Below are positions 28,419-38,251 of a DNA stretch of 64,000 bases, piece after piece. Source of the stretch: Chryseobacterium sp. (GTDB lineage Bacteria > Bacteroidota > Bacteroidia > Flavobacteriales > Weeksellaceae); the NCBI RefSeq assembly GCF_041914225.1, contig NZ_JAYSDT010000005.1, positions 21,511 through 85,510 of the forward strand, written 5' to 3'. Both the position numbers and the translations under genes were made by a program. The stretch's first letter is position 1, and each line of letters begins with the position of its first letter. A model generated the notes under the pieces. It saw nothing but the letters and a program-made list of their open reading frames with translations, made no database searches and was not told the DNA's origin.

Positions 28419-29327
28419 TCAACAGCAAGACTCATCCCCAATCAAAGTCCGAAACTTCTCCACAAGCAAATCCCGTAACTCTAATTTTATGGTATCTAGG
28501 TTATACTTTCTTAGTAGGTTATTATACTTTGCTCTTAGGTCATAATAGTAGCTAGATGATTTACTGTTTTTTATTTCCCGCCAAAAATGAGGGCTTTTGC
28601 CTAGTTCAAAAAACTTTTTTTCTTCCCCGCGGATTTCCTGAGTAGCCAAACTGTCGATGATATTTATTTCATCAAAACACGCCAAAAGCCATTTAAACAG
28701 CAATTCTAGCCGACTTTTTTCAAAAATATCCCGAACTATATGGATTCCAAATCTTTTTTTCAGCAACTTACTGTCGGTTATCTTTATTTCCACCCGCAAC
28801 AGGCTGTAAGGTAGCTTAAATTGCAACCCTTTGTCGTACATCTTTACATAATATTCGTTGCGGTTATACTGTTTGTATGATCCTTTGTTTTTAAAGGTAT
28901 CGTGTTGGTTAAATTCATCAAAATTGAACATTAAAAAGTTATTTTCAAGCATTTGCTTAGGACTTAGAGAGGTTCGGATGTTTAAGCCAAATTCCAGATT
29001 AGTTACTTTGTAATCTGAAATATCTTCATTCAGATCTTCCTGAAGCAGTTGAAAGGCGGTCAAAATATCAGAGTAGAAAAAATCTGTATAATTACCTTCA
29101 GCAAGACCATTTTTAAGGTTAAAATAGGTATGTATAGAGTTTTTGACAAATGCCGATTTTTCAGTAATTCTAACTTCAATATTTTCAAAACGTCTCCAAC
29201 AGGGATATACTGCATCTTCGTTGTGATAATCATACGAACATCTGGTTTCGCTATCAGGAAAATCATTCTTAATTCTATTTTCCAGAGTTTCTTTTGTGGT
29301 TGTGTATATTTTTATAAAGTCGATCAT
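28419..29327 (-). CDS. Putative rolling-circle replication initiator (Rep_trans / phage gene II-X-like)
   Basis: MID N-terminus, NSIH, VTNLEFGLNI, KMYDKG, LLRVEIK motifs; position downstream of xis. Confidence 0.7.
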   Translation of the reverse strand: MIDFIKIYTTTKETLENRIKNDFPDSETRCSYDYHNEDAVYPCWRRFENIEVRITEKSAFVKNSIHTYFNLKNGLAEGNYTDFFYSDILTAFQLLQEDLNEDISDYKVTNLEFGLNIRTSLSPKQMLENNFLMFNFDEFNQHDTFKNKGSYKQYNRNEYYVKMYDKGLQFKLPYSLLRVEIKITDSKLLKKRFGIHIVRDIFEKSRLELLFKWLLACFDEINIIDSLATQEIRGEEKKFFELGKSPHFWREIKNSKSSSYYYDLRAKYNNLLRKYNLDTIKLELRDLLVEKFRTLIGDESCC

Positions 29328-29525
29328 GATTCAGTATTTTTAATTTAAGACACAGAAAGAGCCATCACGGCAGTTTTACTATGCGTTATGTAGGTTTGTT
29401 AATAAAAAGATTTTGAGATGATTTTTAACGTGTTTGCGGAGCTTTTACACGCGCGCATGGTTTGTGCGGAGTAGTAGTAAAAAGATTCAGCCCACCCGCA
29501 GAGAATACAGGCTAAACCTGATAAT

Positions 29526-29816
29526 TTAAGGATTTAATCGAGCTAAAACCTCATTTTTAGAGTAATAAACTCTTTTACCGATTTTTATATTTTTCAATGT
29601 CCCGTCATTGTTCCAGTGAAAGAGCGTTGTTAAGCTAACATCTAATAATTTAGCTGTTTCTTCACGAGTGTAAAACTCTTTTTCGTTTTTTGATACTTGA
29701 TTGAGTTGCATTTTTTCCAGTACTTTAAAAACAACCTGCTCAAAGTCTTGCATAAGTTCTTCTTTAGTGATTTGGAATAATAGTGTGTTATTATTGTTAT
29801 TATTTGTAGTATTCAT
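29526..29816 (-). CDS. Excisionase-like HTH_17 DNA-binding protein
   Basis: FYTREETAKLLDVSLTTLFHW...KIGKRVYY. Confidence 0.88.
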   Translation of the reverse strand: MNTTNNNNNNTLLFQITKEELMQDFEQVVFKVLEKMQLNQVSKNEKEFYTREETAKLLDVSLTTLFHWNNDGTLKNIKIGKRVYYSKNEVLARLNP

Positions 29817-29842
29817 ATTGTAGATTTTTAATTATTAGACAT

Positions 29843-29868
29843 AAAAAAGGAACCCTTTTGAGGTTCCC
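29843..29868 (-). terminator. Intrinsic terminator 2 upstream of xis
   Basis: Minus strand GGAACCTC-AAA-AGGGTTCC followed by T-run. Confidence 0.75.
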
Positions 29869-29894
29869 TGATTGTTTCGCCCAATTTCGGGCAT

Positions 29895-29924
29895 AAAAAA
29901 GACCCAACTTAAAAAGTTAGGTCT
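29895..29924 (-). terminator. Intrinsic terminator 1 upstream of xis
   Basis: Minus strand AGACCTAACT-TTTTA-AGTTGGGTCT followed by T-run. Confidence 0.75.
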
Positions 29925-29940
29925 GTATATTGTTGTTTGA

Positions 29941-30204
29941 TTTAATTCGTTGATGTTTGGATATAATTATCCTATAGTATTTAATTCGTTCGCTGTTTTT
30001 AATGGTTTGGACTCCATCTATCAAAATTGTATTTGTTATGAAGACATAATTATCCTAAGAAAAATAATCCGTCATTTGGTGAGGTTGAGGTTCCGAGGTC
30101 TTCAAAATGTATCCAAGACATAATCCACCTATCTAACATAGTAATTCGCCGTTTGGTAGGTTTGGACTCCTGTCTTCAAAATTTGGCACTTCTTACACAG
30201 ACAC
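29941..30204 (-). repeat. Array of three degenerate 74-83-bp repeats (plus a partial copy) in the int-xis intergenic region
   Basis: Unit marks at 29959, 30042, 30116, 30199; shared blocks ATAATTATCCTA, TAAT(T/C)CG, GGTTTGGACTCC, GTCTTCAAAAT. Confidence 0.75.
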
Positions 30205-30416
30205 TATACAGATAATCATTTTCTGCATATTTTACAATCCGCGCTCTTATTTTAATTTCGGAGGCTCCCGAAATCATCAAAAAAGTGATAATACAATTTT
30301 GGCATCACTGTTATCATTTCATTACTGAAATGAACAGCTACTTATATGAATTGTTAAGGATACCTTTGCTGAATGCGAAAATTGAATATGATTACTATAT
30401 ATCTTCGATTCGATTG

Positions 30417-30447
30417 CAAATATATTAGATTTTTATTAAACAACAAA
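30417..30447 (-). promoter_or_regulatory. Bacteroidota primary-sigma promoter driving the array-xis-rep transcript
   Basis: Minus strand TTTG (30444-30447), 19-bp spacer, TATATTTG (30417-30424); matches the -33/-7 consensus. Confidence 0.7.
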
Positions 30448-30471
30448 ATTTTAACTAATTTTAACAGTTGG

Positions 30472-31740
30472 TTAAAAACCAATTTTTGCAAAGCTGTTTG
30501 CAGTCCGTACAGCCATTTCTTTTTCTGTTTTGCCAATATAGACTAAGAATTGCTTTTCAGTCGAATGCCCTGTCATATACATAACATCTGCCGTTGGTAT
30601 CAGGGTATGAAAATTAGTCGCAAAACTTCTTCTTCCAATATGACTTGCAACAAGTTCATATTTTGGGTAATATCCCAAAACTCCTCTTTTGGTTTTATCT
30701 TCCAAGACCTGAGATTTAAGACCGTAAACAACTTCTGATATTTTAGCATTTTCACATACTTTTTTTATATACTTGTTAAATTTGACATCAGAGATTTTTC
30801 TCGGAAACTCACCATTTCTTTTGTCAAGTATTTTTTGTACTTCTTTGAGTATTGGAATTTGCATTAACCGTCCTGTTTTTTCCTGTTTGAATTCAATATA
30901 TCTCATATTTTTATCGTCGACAATCATGGATTTTTCAAATCTCAAAAAATCACTTACTCTTTGACCTGTAAAACAGGCTATTATCAACCAATCTCTTGCA
31001 TTATCAAGGTAATCATGTGGTTGAATGGATTTTTTAATATTTTCTAATTCCTCAAAATTCAAATAAATATGTTTGGGTTTATCTTTCTTGAATTTACTTA
31101 AACCCAGTTTCCAATCTTTTGTATGCGGATGTGTTTCAATATCGTAATTACTTGCAGATTTTGAAATAACCTTAATATCACGCAACTTGCTATATATAGT
31201 TTCGTGCTTATAATTGATGTTCAAACAGTACTTCTCAAAATCATCCTTGAAATAATTATCCAAGTTTTTAAATTCGATTATCGGAACTCTTTTATGATAA
31301 GTACAATAATCAATCAACATTGTTTTAAGAACTTTGATTTTGTAATTTGTTCTTTTTGCGATTGTATTTTTATTGATTTCCAAGTAGGTATCTATAAATT
31401 CAATTATATTTGATGAGTATACACTTTTTACTTTTGGTTTAAATATTTCATCGAGGCAGGACTGTAACCATACTTTATAATTTAGAATACTGTTTTGCGC
31501 GGAATATCTTTGTAATACGTGCGATTCAATTTTAGAAAGTTTTGTATTAATTGATTCAGCATCTGTATCAAACATTTTTTTTGAAGCGATTTTACATTTT
31601 CCATTTTTCCATTCATCAGGAAGACATTTTAATTCTGATAATGCAAGTCTGACATCAAGATCCTTATCTCTAAGCCTTATGCAGATATTGCTGGGTTTAT
31701 CCTTAACTGTACTTCTAAGGATAAATGATACTTTAGCCAT
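30472..31740 (-). CDS. Tyrosine recombinase / phage integrase
   Basis: Catalytic set intact: TGQRVSD, QEKTG, SHIGRRSFAT, TGHS, FLVYI; N-terminal arm-binding and SAM-like regions. Confidence 0.95.
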   Translation of the reverse strand: MAKVSFILRSTVKDKPSNICIRLRDKDLDVRLALSELKCLPDEWKNGKCKIASKKMFDTDAESINTKLSKIESHVLQRYSAQNSILNYKVWLQSCLDEIFKPKVKSVYSSNIIEFIDTYLEINKNTIAKRTNYKIKVLKTMLIDYCTYHKRVPIIEFKNLDNYFKDDFEKYCLNINYKHETIYSKLRDIKVISKSASNYDIETHPHTKDWKLGLSKFKKDKPKHIYLNFEELENIKKSIQPHDYLDNARDWLIIACFTGQRVSDFLRFEKSMIVDDKNMRYIEFKQEKTGRLMQIPILKEVQKILDKRNGEFPRKISDVKFNKYIKKVCENAKISEVVYGLKSQVLEDKTKRGVLGYYPKYELVASHIGRRSFATNFHTLIPTADVMYMTGHSTEKQFLVYIGKTEKEMAVRTANSFAKIGF

Positions 31741-31778
31741 AAACGATAATTTTTCTATTGTTGCAATTTACTAAAAAA

Positions 31779-31802
31779 TGTGCCCAAATTTGTGCCCAAA
31801 TT
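31779..31802 (+). promoter_or_regulatory. Putative integrase arm-type sites, right (TGTGCCCAAATT x2)
   Basis: Perfect 12-bp tandem repeat sharing GTGCCCAAA with the left-end pair. Confidence 0.75.
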
Positions 31803-31915
31803 TTGAAAGCTATTTTAATTAACTTAAATTTAAAATAATTAAAACCTCCACAAAAAAAGCATTCATAGAGGTTTTTAAGATTTAAGAAATTGAAGTAGAT
31901 TAATTGAAAGTAGTT

Positions 31916-31929
31916 CTTCTGCGGCCACT
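31916..31929 (+). repeat. att core, right copy (CTTCTGCGGCCACT; displaced tRNA 3' end)
   Basis: 13/14 identity with 21387-21400. Confidence 0.88.
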
Positions 31930-31932
31930 TGT

Positions 31933-31972
31933 TGGGACAAATCTGCAAAAGCTAGGTTTGTCCCATTTTTTT
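31933..31972 (+). terminator. Terminator immediately after the right att copy (likely the tRNA terminator before insertion)
   Basis: TGGGACAAATCT...AGGTTTGTCCCA followed by T-run. Confidence 0.75.
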
Positions 31973-32330
31973 CGCCCTTTAATTTATTGATATTCTGATA
32001 GATAAGATGAATGGCAGAATTTAACCTTGGTGTTCGATCTATTTTCTAATTGTTCAATTTTCACAGTACAATCATTTATTTTTTCCCATCTTCAAATAAT
32101 TTTTTTTCAAAAAGAAATAGAATATTGAAAGAGAGTTTTGCATGTATATTGAGCGATATGGAATTTTTGAAGACAAGAAAAAGAAATTAAAGGTAATCAA
32201 TACGGGATTCGAACCTATATTCTTTAACCAGTATGCTATCCAAACAAACTATCACATTGGTACAAACTCAAAATTCGTTTCATTTAAAGTGTAAGGTATA
32301 AAGTAGTAGAAATAAAGGATTATTATAGTA

Positions 32331-33146
32331 TCATCTGGTCTTAAGCTGCCATGTCTGCTGAACATTACCTTTACTTCTCAAAGCCTCCAGCTGTTGGGGA
32401 GATGCTGAATTCAATAAATTGGGCAGGCTACTGAATTTTTCAAATTCAGGTTCATATTTATTTACAATAATAAATCCATTGTCATAAAAGAATTGTTCTG
32501 CCTGGTCAAAGGAATCAAAATAATTTTCCATGACATTATTTGATTTAAAGAAGCGTTCCCATTTTTTATCCTTATCGCTACCAACGGAACCGGTTTCATG
32601 TTTGAGATAAATATCAGCTGTTACCCAGGTCCCTCCATTTTCTTGCAAAACCGAATGTATATTTTTAAGGATTTGAGACTGCTTTTCTCTATCAAAATAC
32701 ATGAGCAGACCTTCATTAATAATAAGAAGGTCCTGATCTTTAGCCAGAATACTGCCGGAGTTCAAAACGTCAAATTCCTGAAGCTTAAGGTTGCTGGGGA
32801 CAGAAATATCAAGACGCTTTAACATCTCCATTTTTTCATTCATTACTGTCCTGAGATCAGTATCAAAATAGATCTTGTCAGGATTTTTACTGGTGTATTC
32901 CAACCCACGCAGTGAATATCCGGCTGACAATTCAAGTACCGCCGAAGAAATACTCTTTTCAAGGAAAAAGTCAAGGGAAAGGTAGCGCATTTCAAAATGG
33001 AGCACACTTGCCCAGAACCCAAAATCTGAATTCAGTGGATTATCAATACTGAAATACTTCGCAATTTCTTTTGCATAGGGTATAGTCGTAGTTGCAGCTT
33101 TAAAGGTAATAAGCTCTTTTGCTGTGTCAGTTACTTTGTTTAACAT
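32331..33146 (-). CDS. SAM-dependent methyltransferase (leucine carboxyl methyltransferase-like)
   Basis: FEMRY, VLELSAGYSLRG, YFDTDL, INEGLLMYF motifs. Confidence 0.8.
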   Translation of the reverse strand: MLNKVTDTAKELITFKAATTTIPYAKEIAKYFSIDNPLNSDFGFWASVLHFEMRYLSLDFFLEKSISSAVLELSAGYSLRGLEYTSKNPDKIYFDTDLRTVMNEKMEMLKRLDISVPSNLKLQEFDVLNSGSILAKDQDLLIINEGLLMYFDREKQSQILKNIHSVLQENGGTWVTADIYLKHETGSVGSDKDKKWERFFKSNNVMENYFDSFDQAEQFFYDNGFIIVNKYEPEFEKFSSLPNLLNSASPQQLEALRSKGNVQQTWQLKTR

Positions 33147-33213
33147 ATTGTGCTGTTTTTTTCTGCAAAGTAACAGTACATATGTAGTTTGTAATAGGAA
33201 AAAATAGACCTGT

Positions 33214-34008
33214 TTATTTTTTAATAAACTCGTTTCCCAGTTTATTGTTTTTTTTCAGAAATACATTAGGTTGTAATGTTAAGACTTTACGGAAGCTCTG
33301 CAAAAAATGGGATTCATCATAAAAAAAGTCATACAGTTCACTTTTATTCTCTGATTTTTTATTTCTTATGTAACGATTAAATATCTCCTGAAAACGTACT
33401 ATTGAAGCATATTCCTTGGGGGTAATTCCGGTTTGCAATTTAAAAAGTTTGTTAAGGTGGCGTTGCGAAGTATTAATACCTGCAAAAAGATCTTTAATTA
33501 GGATATTACCTTTGTGAGCATTTATTTGTTCCATAATATGGACAACACGGCTATCTGGTTCAAACCTTATCCTTTCTGTAAGCAGTTCAGTAAGCTGAGT
33601 TACTGAATCCTGAAGGTTTCCTGAAAAATCTGTCAAAACTTCGGAGCCGTCAAGCTTTCTTTTTGAGATGGAAACCACTTTGTTGAGATAATTGGAAAGA
33701 TCGCTCCCTGCTATTGAGTAATAACCGTATGGCTTGAAACTGATACCGATGGAATGTACGGGAACATTACCTTTGAGCACAATTTTAGTATGGTGCTGTC
33801 CTACCAAATGAAGATCAAATATCGAATGATGAAAAGATTGATTTTGAATAACATGTTCATATTCCCCACTATAATTCCATATGACGATCCAACGGCCTGA
33901 CGGAATAATAGCAGCTTGTTCATCAGCTTCCATCTGCTCCGGGCTTTCAAATGACCAGATTGATTCCACATAATTCATTAAAGCTTCTGGTATTGGATAA
34001 TATTTCAT
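33214..34008 (-). CDS. AraC-family transcriptional regulator
   Basis: YVESIW N-terminus, SQRHLNKLFK...GITPKEY, FYDESHF. Confidence 0.88.
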   Translation of the reverse strand: MKYYPIPEALMNYVESIWSFESPEQMEADEQAAIIPSGRWIVIWNYSGEYEHVIQNQSFHHSIFDLHLVGQHHTKIVLKGNVPVHSIGISFKPYGYYSIAGSDLSNYLNKVVSISKRKLDGSEVLTDFSGNLQDSVTQLTELLTERIRFEPDSRVVHIMEQINAHKGNILIKDLFAGINTSQRHLNKLFKLQTGITPKEYASIVRFQEIFNRYIRNKKSENKSELYDFFYDESHFLQSFRKVLTLQPNVFLKKNNKLGNEFIKK

Positions 34009-34165
34009 TTTAATTGGTTTAAATTAATTATTGAAGATGTTTATCATAAATGCATCATCAGCTAAATGGATGATATTTTATTACTTCAAAAAAGAATAGA
34101 CAAAAAGAAAAAATCAAAAATCTATAAGATAAAGTGTTTGGACTGTGCTTAAGCCAAATGAAATG

Positions 34166-35062
34166 CTAATTTAAATTTCTAAACTCATTCGGAGTCATAC
34201 CCACTTTTTGTTTAAAAAGTCTGCTAAAATGTTGCTGGTATTTGAAGCCAAGTTCGTCTGCAATTTCATTGATAGGTTTATTTGGGATAAATATTTTTTC
34301 CTTCGCCTCTTCAATCAGTTTAGTCTGAATATAATCAAGTGCGGTATTTCCCGTTTCCTTTTTTATAAGGTCTCCGAAATAGTTAGGAGAAAGATTTAAC
34401 TGCTCTGCACAGTAGGTAACTGTTGGCAAACCAATAACCTGCGACTTTCCGGATGTGAAATAATCAGAAAGGAGACGTTCAAACCGTACCAATATATCCG
34501 TGTTAATATGGGTTCTGGTAATAAACTGTCTATCATAAAAACGCATACAGTAGTTTAAAAAAAGTTCAATGTTTGAAACAATAAGCGTTTTACTGTGCTT
34601 ATCCAAATTCAGATCAATCTCATTTTCAATTTTATCAAAACAGTCATTGATAATAGCACGCTCCTTTTTTGATAAATGAAGTGCCTCATTGACATCATAG
34701 GAAAAAAAAGTATAGTCCTTAATCCTTTTTCTCAATTGGGTGCCCATAATCATGTCCGGATGAAAAACCAAAGCTCTGCCTGATGGTTTGATTATTTTTC
34801 CGCTACTATCAATTCCATAAACCTGACCAGGAGCAATAAAAACAAGCGTTCCATCCTCGTAATCATAAGGCTGACAGCCATAACGTATATCTCCGCATTT
34901 TATATTTTTCAGAAAAACGCAATAAAGTCCCATATATCTGCGGAATTGCATGTATGTAGGGATTTCGTCGAAGTTGACAATGCTAATCAATGGGTGTTTT
35001 GTATCAACTCCCATCTCATCATTATACTGTCTGACAGTTTCGATTTTTCGGACATCTTCCAT
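34166..35062 (-). CDS. AraC-family transcriptional regulator
   Basis: YDYEDGTLVFIAPGQV, LSPNYFGDLIKKETG, LGFKYQQHFSRLFK; start placed at ATG 35062. Confidence 0.92.
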   Translation of the reverse strand: MEDVRKIETVRQYNDEMGVDTKHPLISIVNFDEIPTYMQFRRYMGLYCVFLKNIKCGDIRYGCQPYDYEDGTLVFIAPGQVYGIDSSGKIIKPSGRALVFHPDMIMGTQLRKRIKDYTFFSYDVNEALHLSKKERAIINDCFDKIENEIDLNLDKHSKTLIVSNIELFLNYCMRFYDRQFITRTHINTDILVRFERLLSDYFTSGKSQVIGLPTVTYCAEQLNLSPNYFGDLIKKETGNTALDYIQTKLIEEAKEKIFIPNKPINEIADELGFKYQQHFSRLFKQKVGMTPNEFRNLN

Positions 35063-35222
35063 AATATTCTGCTTATTTCTATACAAATTTAGAAAACCTT
35101 TCCTTTAGCTGTATGTCATTAGGCCCAAAACCGTAAAAGTGGTAAATATATCTGTATCCTATATAAAAAAGTTGAGATGATTATTGCAGAACTTTGTTTA
35201 TAAGTTAATTGGCAATGGTTGA

Positions 35223-36410
<1,188 letters not shown>

Positions 36411-36497
36411 AGCAATAAAAACTATCCCTTATGTTTTTCAGCATCAATGGTAGCAAGGAAAATCTCATTTGTAGAATTCCAACAAATTCCCAAAAAA

Positions 36498-36614
36498 ATG
36501 AATATAACGATTATTGTGAATGGCAAAGTTGCCCGGGCTGTTCTTTATGACAGTAAGGTCAGCAGAAGTTTTGCTGCCCAATTTCCTATGACAGTTGAGC
36601 AACATTTGAACTGA
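36498..36614 (+). pseudogene. N-terminal fragment of a cyclophilin-like-fold protein
   Basis: MNITIIVNGKVARAVLYDSKVSRSFAAQFPMTV resembles the family N-terminus, then stops after 38 aa. Confidence 0.5.
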
Positions 36615-36628
36615 AGCAATAACTCAAA

Positions 36629-37126
36629 ATGAAACAAATAAAAATAAATTATAGATTATTTGTTGCAATATCAGCTATTGTGATGTCTTGCAACAAACCT
36701 AATAAAAATGTAAGCATGGAAAATATAAATTCATCAATATTTCCTGTAGGAAATAAGGTAGATAATAAAAATTTTGTCGGAAACGCTTATCTGCAGGTCT
36801 TAACAGAAAGAGACAAAAACAATGATTATGTGATCGGTAGCGTAACTTTTGATCCTGGGGCAAGAAATAATTGGCATAGCCATCCAAAGGGACAGGTATT
36901 ATTGGTTACTGAAGGAGAGGGAATTTATCAGGAAAGGGGAAAGCCAGCCAGGCGTATAAAGAAAGGTAACATCGTTAAAATACCGGAAAATACCGAACAT
37001 TGGCACGGTGCTACAATGGAAAATAAGCTGGTACATATTGCGGTCACCAGCTATGAAGGGGATTCAAACAGCTCATGGTTTGAACCGGTAAATGAGAATG
37101 ATTATAAACAAGCAAATGAACTTTAG
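36629..37126 (+). CDS. Cupin-domain lipoprotein
   Basis: Lipobox VMSC; VTFDPGARNNWHSHPKGQ and EHWHGA cupin motifs. Confidence 0.88.
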   Translation: MKQIKINYRLFVAISAIVMSCNKPNKNVSMENINSSIFPVGNKVDNKNFVGNAYLQVLTERDKNNDYVIGSVTFDPGARNNWHSHPKGQVLLVTEGEGIYQERGKPARRIKKGNIVKIPENTEHWHGATMENKLVHIAVTSYEGDSNSSWFEPVNENDYKQANEL

Positions 37127-37136
37127 ACCCAAGAAT

Positions 37137-37499
37137 ATGAGATCTGGCATAAAACAATTAATCATACTCTTTTTGTTCACAGTAACTATAAATAATACAA
37201 TGAAAGCACAGGAAAATAAACCAGCAAAAGAAGCACTTAACGCTCATCAACAAACACTCGCAGCCATTGCAGCCCTTACGGCAACCGGCGATCAAGATGC
37301 ATTAAAAACAGCATTGAACAAAGGACTGGATGCAGGACTTGCAGTCAATGAAATAAAGGAAGCATTGGTACAATTGTATGCTTATTGTGGATTTCCGCGG
37401 AGCCTTAATGCTGTTGGGACATTTAAACTCGTTTTGGAGGAGCGCACATCGAAAGGCATAAAAGATAAAGAAGGGAAGTCCATTGCTGGAAACCCATGA
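37137..37499 (+). pseudogene. Carboxymuconolactone decarboxylase-family gene, 3'-truncated
   Basis: EIKEALVQLYAYCGFPRSLN motif; ends abruptly at a junction with an unrelated dps tail. Confidence 0.75.
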
Positions 37500-37536
37500 G
37501 AAAATGGCCTGGATGCTCCGTTCACATTTAAAATAA
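37483..37536 (+). pseudogene. 3' remnant of a dps gene
   Basis: Translates LLETHEKMAWMLRSHLK*, matching the intact Dps C-terminus LMETHEEMAWMIRSYFR* at 52334-52807. Confidence 0.8.
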
Positions 37537-37540
37537 AAAA

Positions 37541-38206
37541 ATGGAAGTAAAACATAATATCGGTTTTGTCACCTTATTGTTAACCATGATTGCCGGATAT
37601 TGCGATACCGTGACTTTTGTATCAGCAGATGCCCTTTTTTCGGCCCATGTTACGGGAAACTTTATTGTCTTTGCCTATCAGTTTGTGAAAGGATCGGATA
37701 TTCATGCCTGGGTAAAGCTGCTTACGTTTCCGGTATTTATTCTTGCGGTGATGGCAGGAGGAAGAATCGCCGGGAAAGTCATCAACCATTACACCTTGTT
37801 ATTCTGGGAAGGAGTATTGCTTTTGTCGGCCGGAATTATTGTTGCCGTTTTCAGTTACTATGGAACATTTTCAGAAGTTATGATGTACACTGTAGCTATG
37901 ATTACCGTTTTTGCAATGGGACTTCAGAATGCTTTCGGAAAACTTTATGCAAAAGAAACCCATGGCCCGACGACCATGATGACAGGAAATGTAACCCAGG
38001 CTTCCCTGGATTTCGGAACACTTCTGTCAAGCGGCTTTCACCACCCTGAAGCATGGGCAAGCCTGAAGAAACAGCTGGTTACCATTCTTGGATTTCTGGT
38101 TGGTTGTTTTTTAGGGGCTTATGCAGGAAAACAATATGGGCTGGTAACACTGATTTTACCCGGACTGGCAATGATTATCTGCTATTTTTACCACCGCAAA
38201 AACTAG
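37541..38206 (+). CDS. YoaK/DUF1275-family membrane protein
   Basis: AGYCD, FSAHVTGN, AMGLQN, TTMMTGN motifs. Confidence 0.9.
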   Translation: MEVKHNIGFVTLLLTMIAGYCDTVTFVSADALFSAHVTGNFIVFAYQFVKGSDIHAWVKLLTFPVFILAVMAGGRIAGKVINHYTLLFWEGVLLLSAGIIVAVFSYYGTFSEVMMYTVAMITVFAMGLQNAFGKLYAKETHGPTTMMTGNVTQASLDFGTLLSSGFHHPEAWASLKKQLVTILGFLVGCFLGAYAGKQYGLVTLILPGLAMIICYFYHRKN

Positions 38207-38251
38207 CATAGGACTATGGCAGATTACAGGATAATAGATTACCTTTAAAAA

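Larger units (their letters stand above)
21387..31929. mobile_element. ~10.5-kb integrative element in tRNA-Arg(TCG) (int, xis, Rep, ArdA, toxin cargo)
   Basis: Flanking direct repeat of the tRNA 3' end, tyrosine integrase beside the distal copy, arm-type repeats at both ends. Confidence 0.92.

Noticed and set aside
29941-30204. CRISPR array interpretation of the int-xis repeats
   Set aside because: Repeats are degenerate and mosaic, there is no constant repeat/unique spacer alternation, and no cas genes are in the window
21387-31929. Complete prophage or filamentous phage
   Set aside because: No capsid, terminase, tail, lysis, Zot/pI ATPase or small coat-protein genes recognised
31733-31948. 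71-aa minus-strand ORF upstream of the integrase
   Set aside because: Crosses the att core and arm sites; the IWAQIWAH repeat is just the translated 12-bp DNA repeat
37600-38049. 149-aa alternative-frame ORF inside YoaK
   Set aside because: Fully nested in a well-supported gene; Cys/Arg-rich composition typical of an off-frame reading
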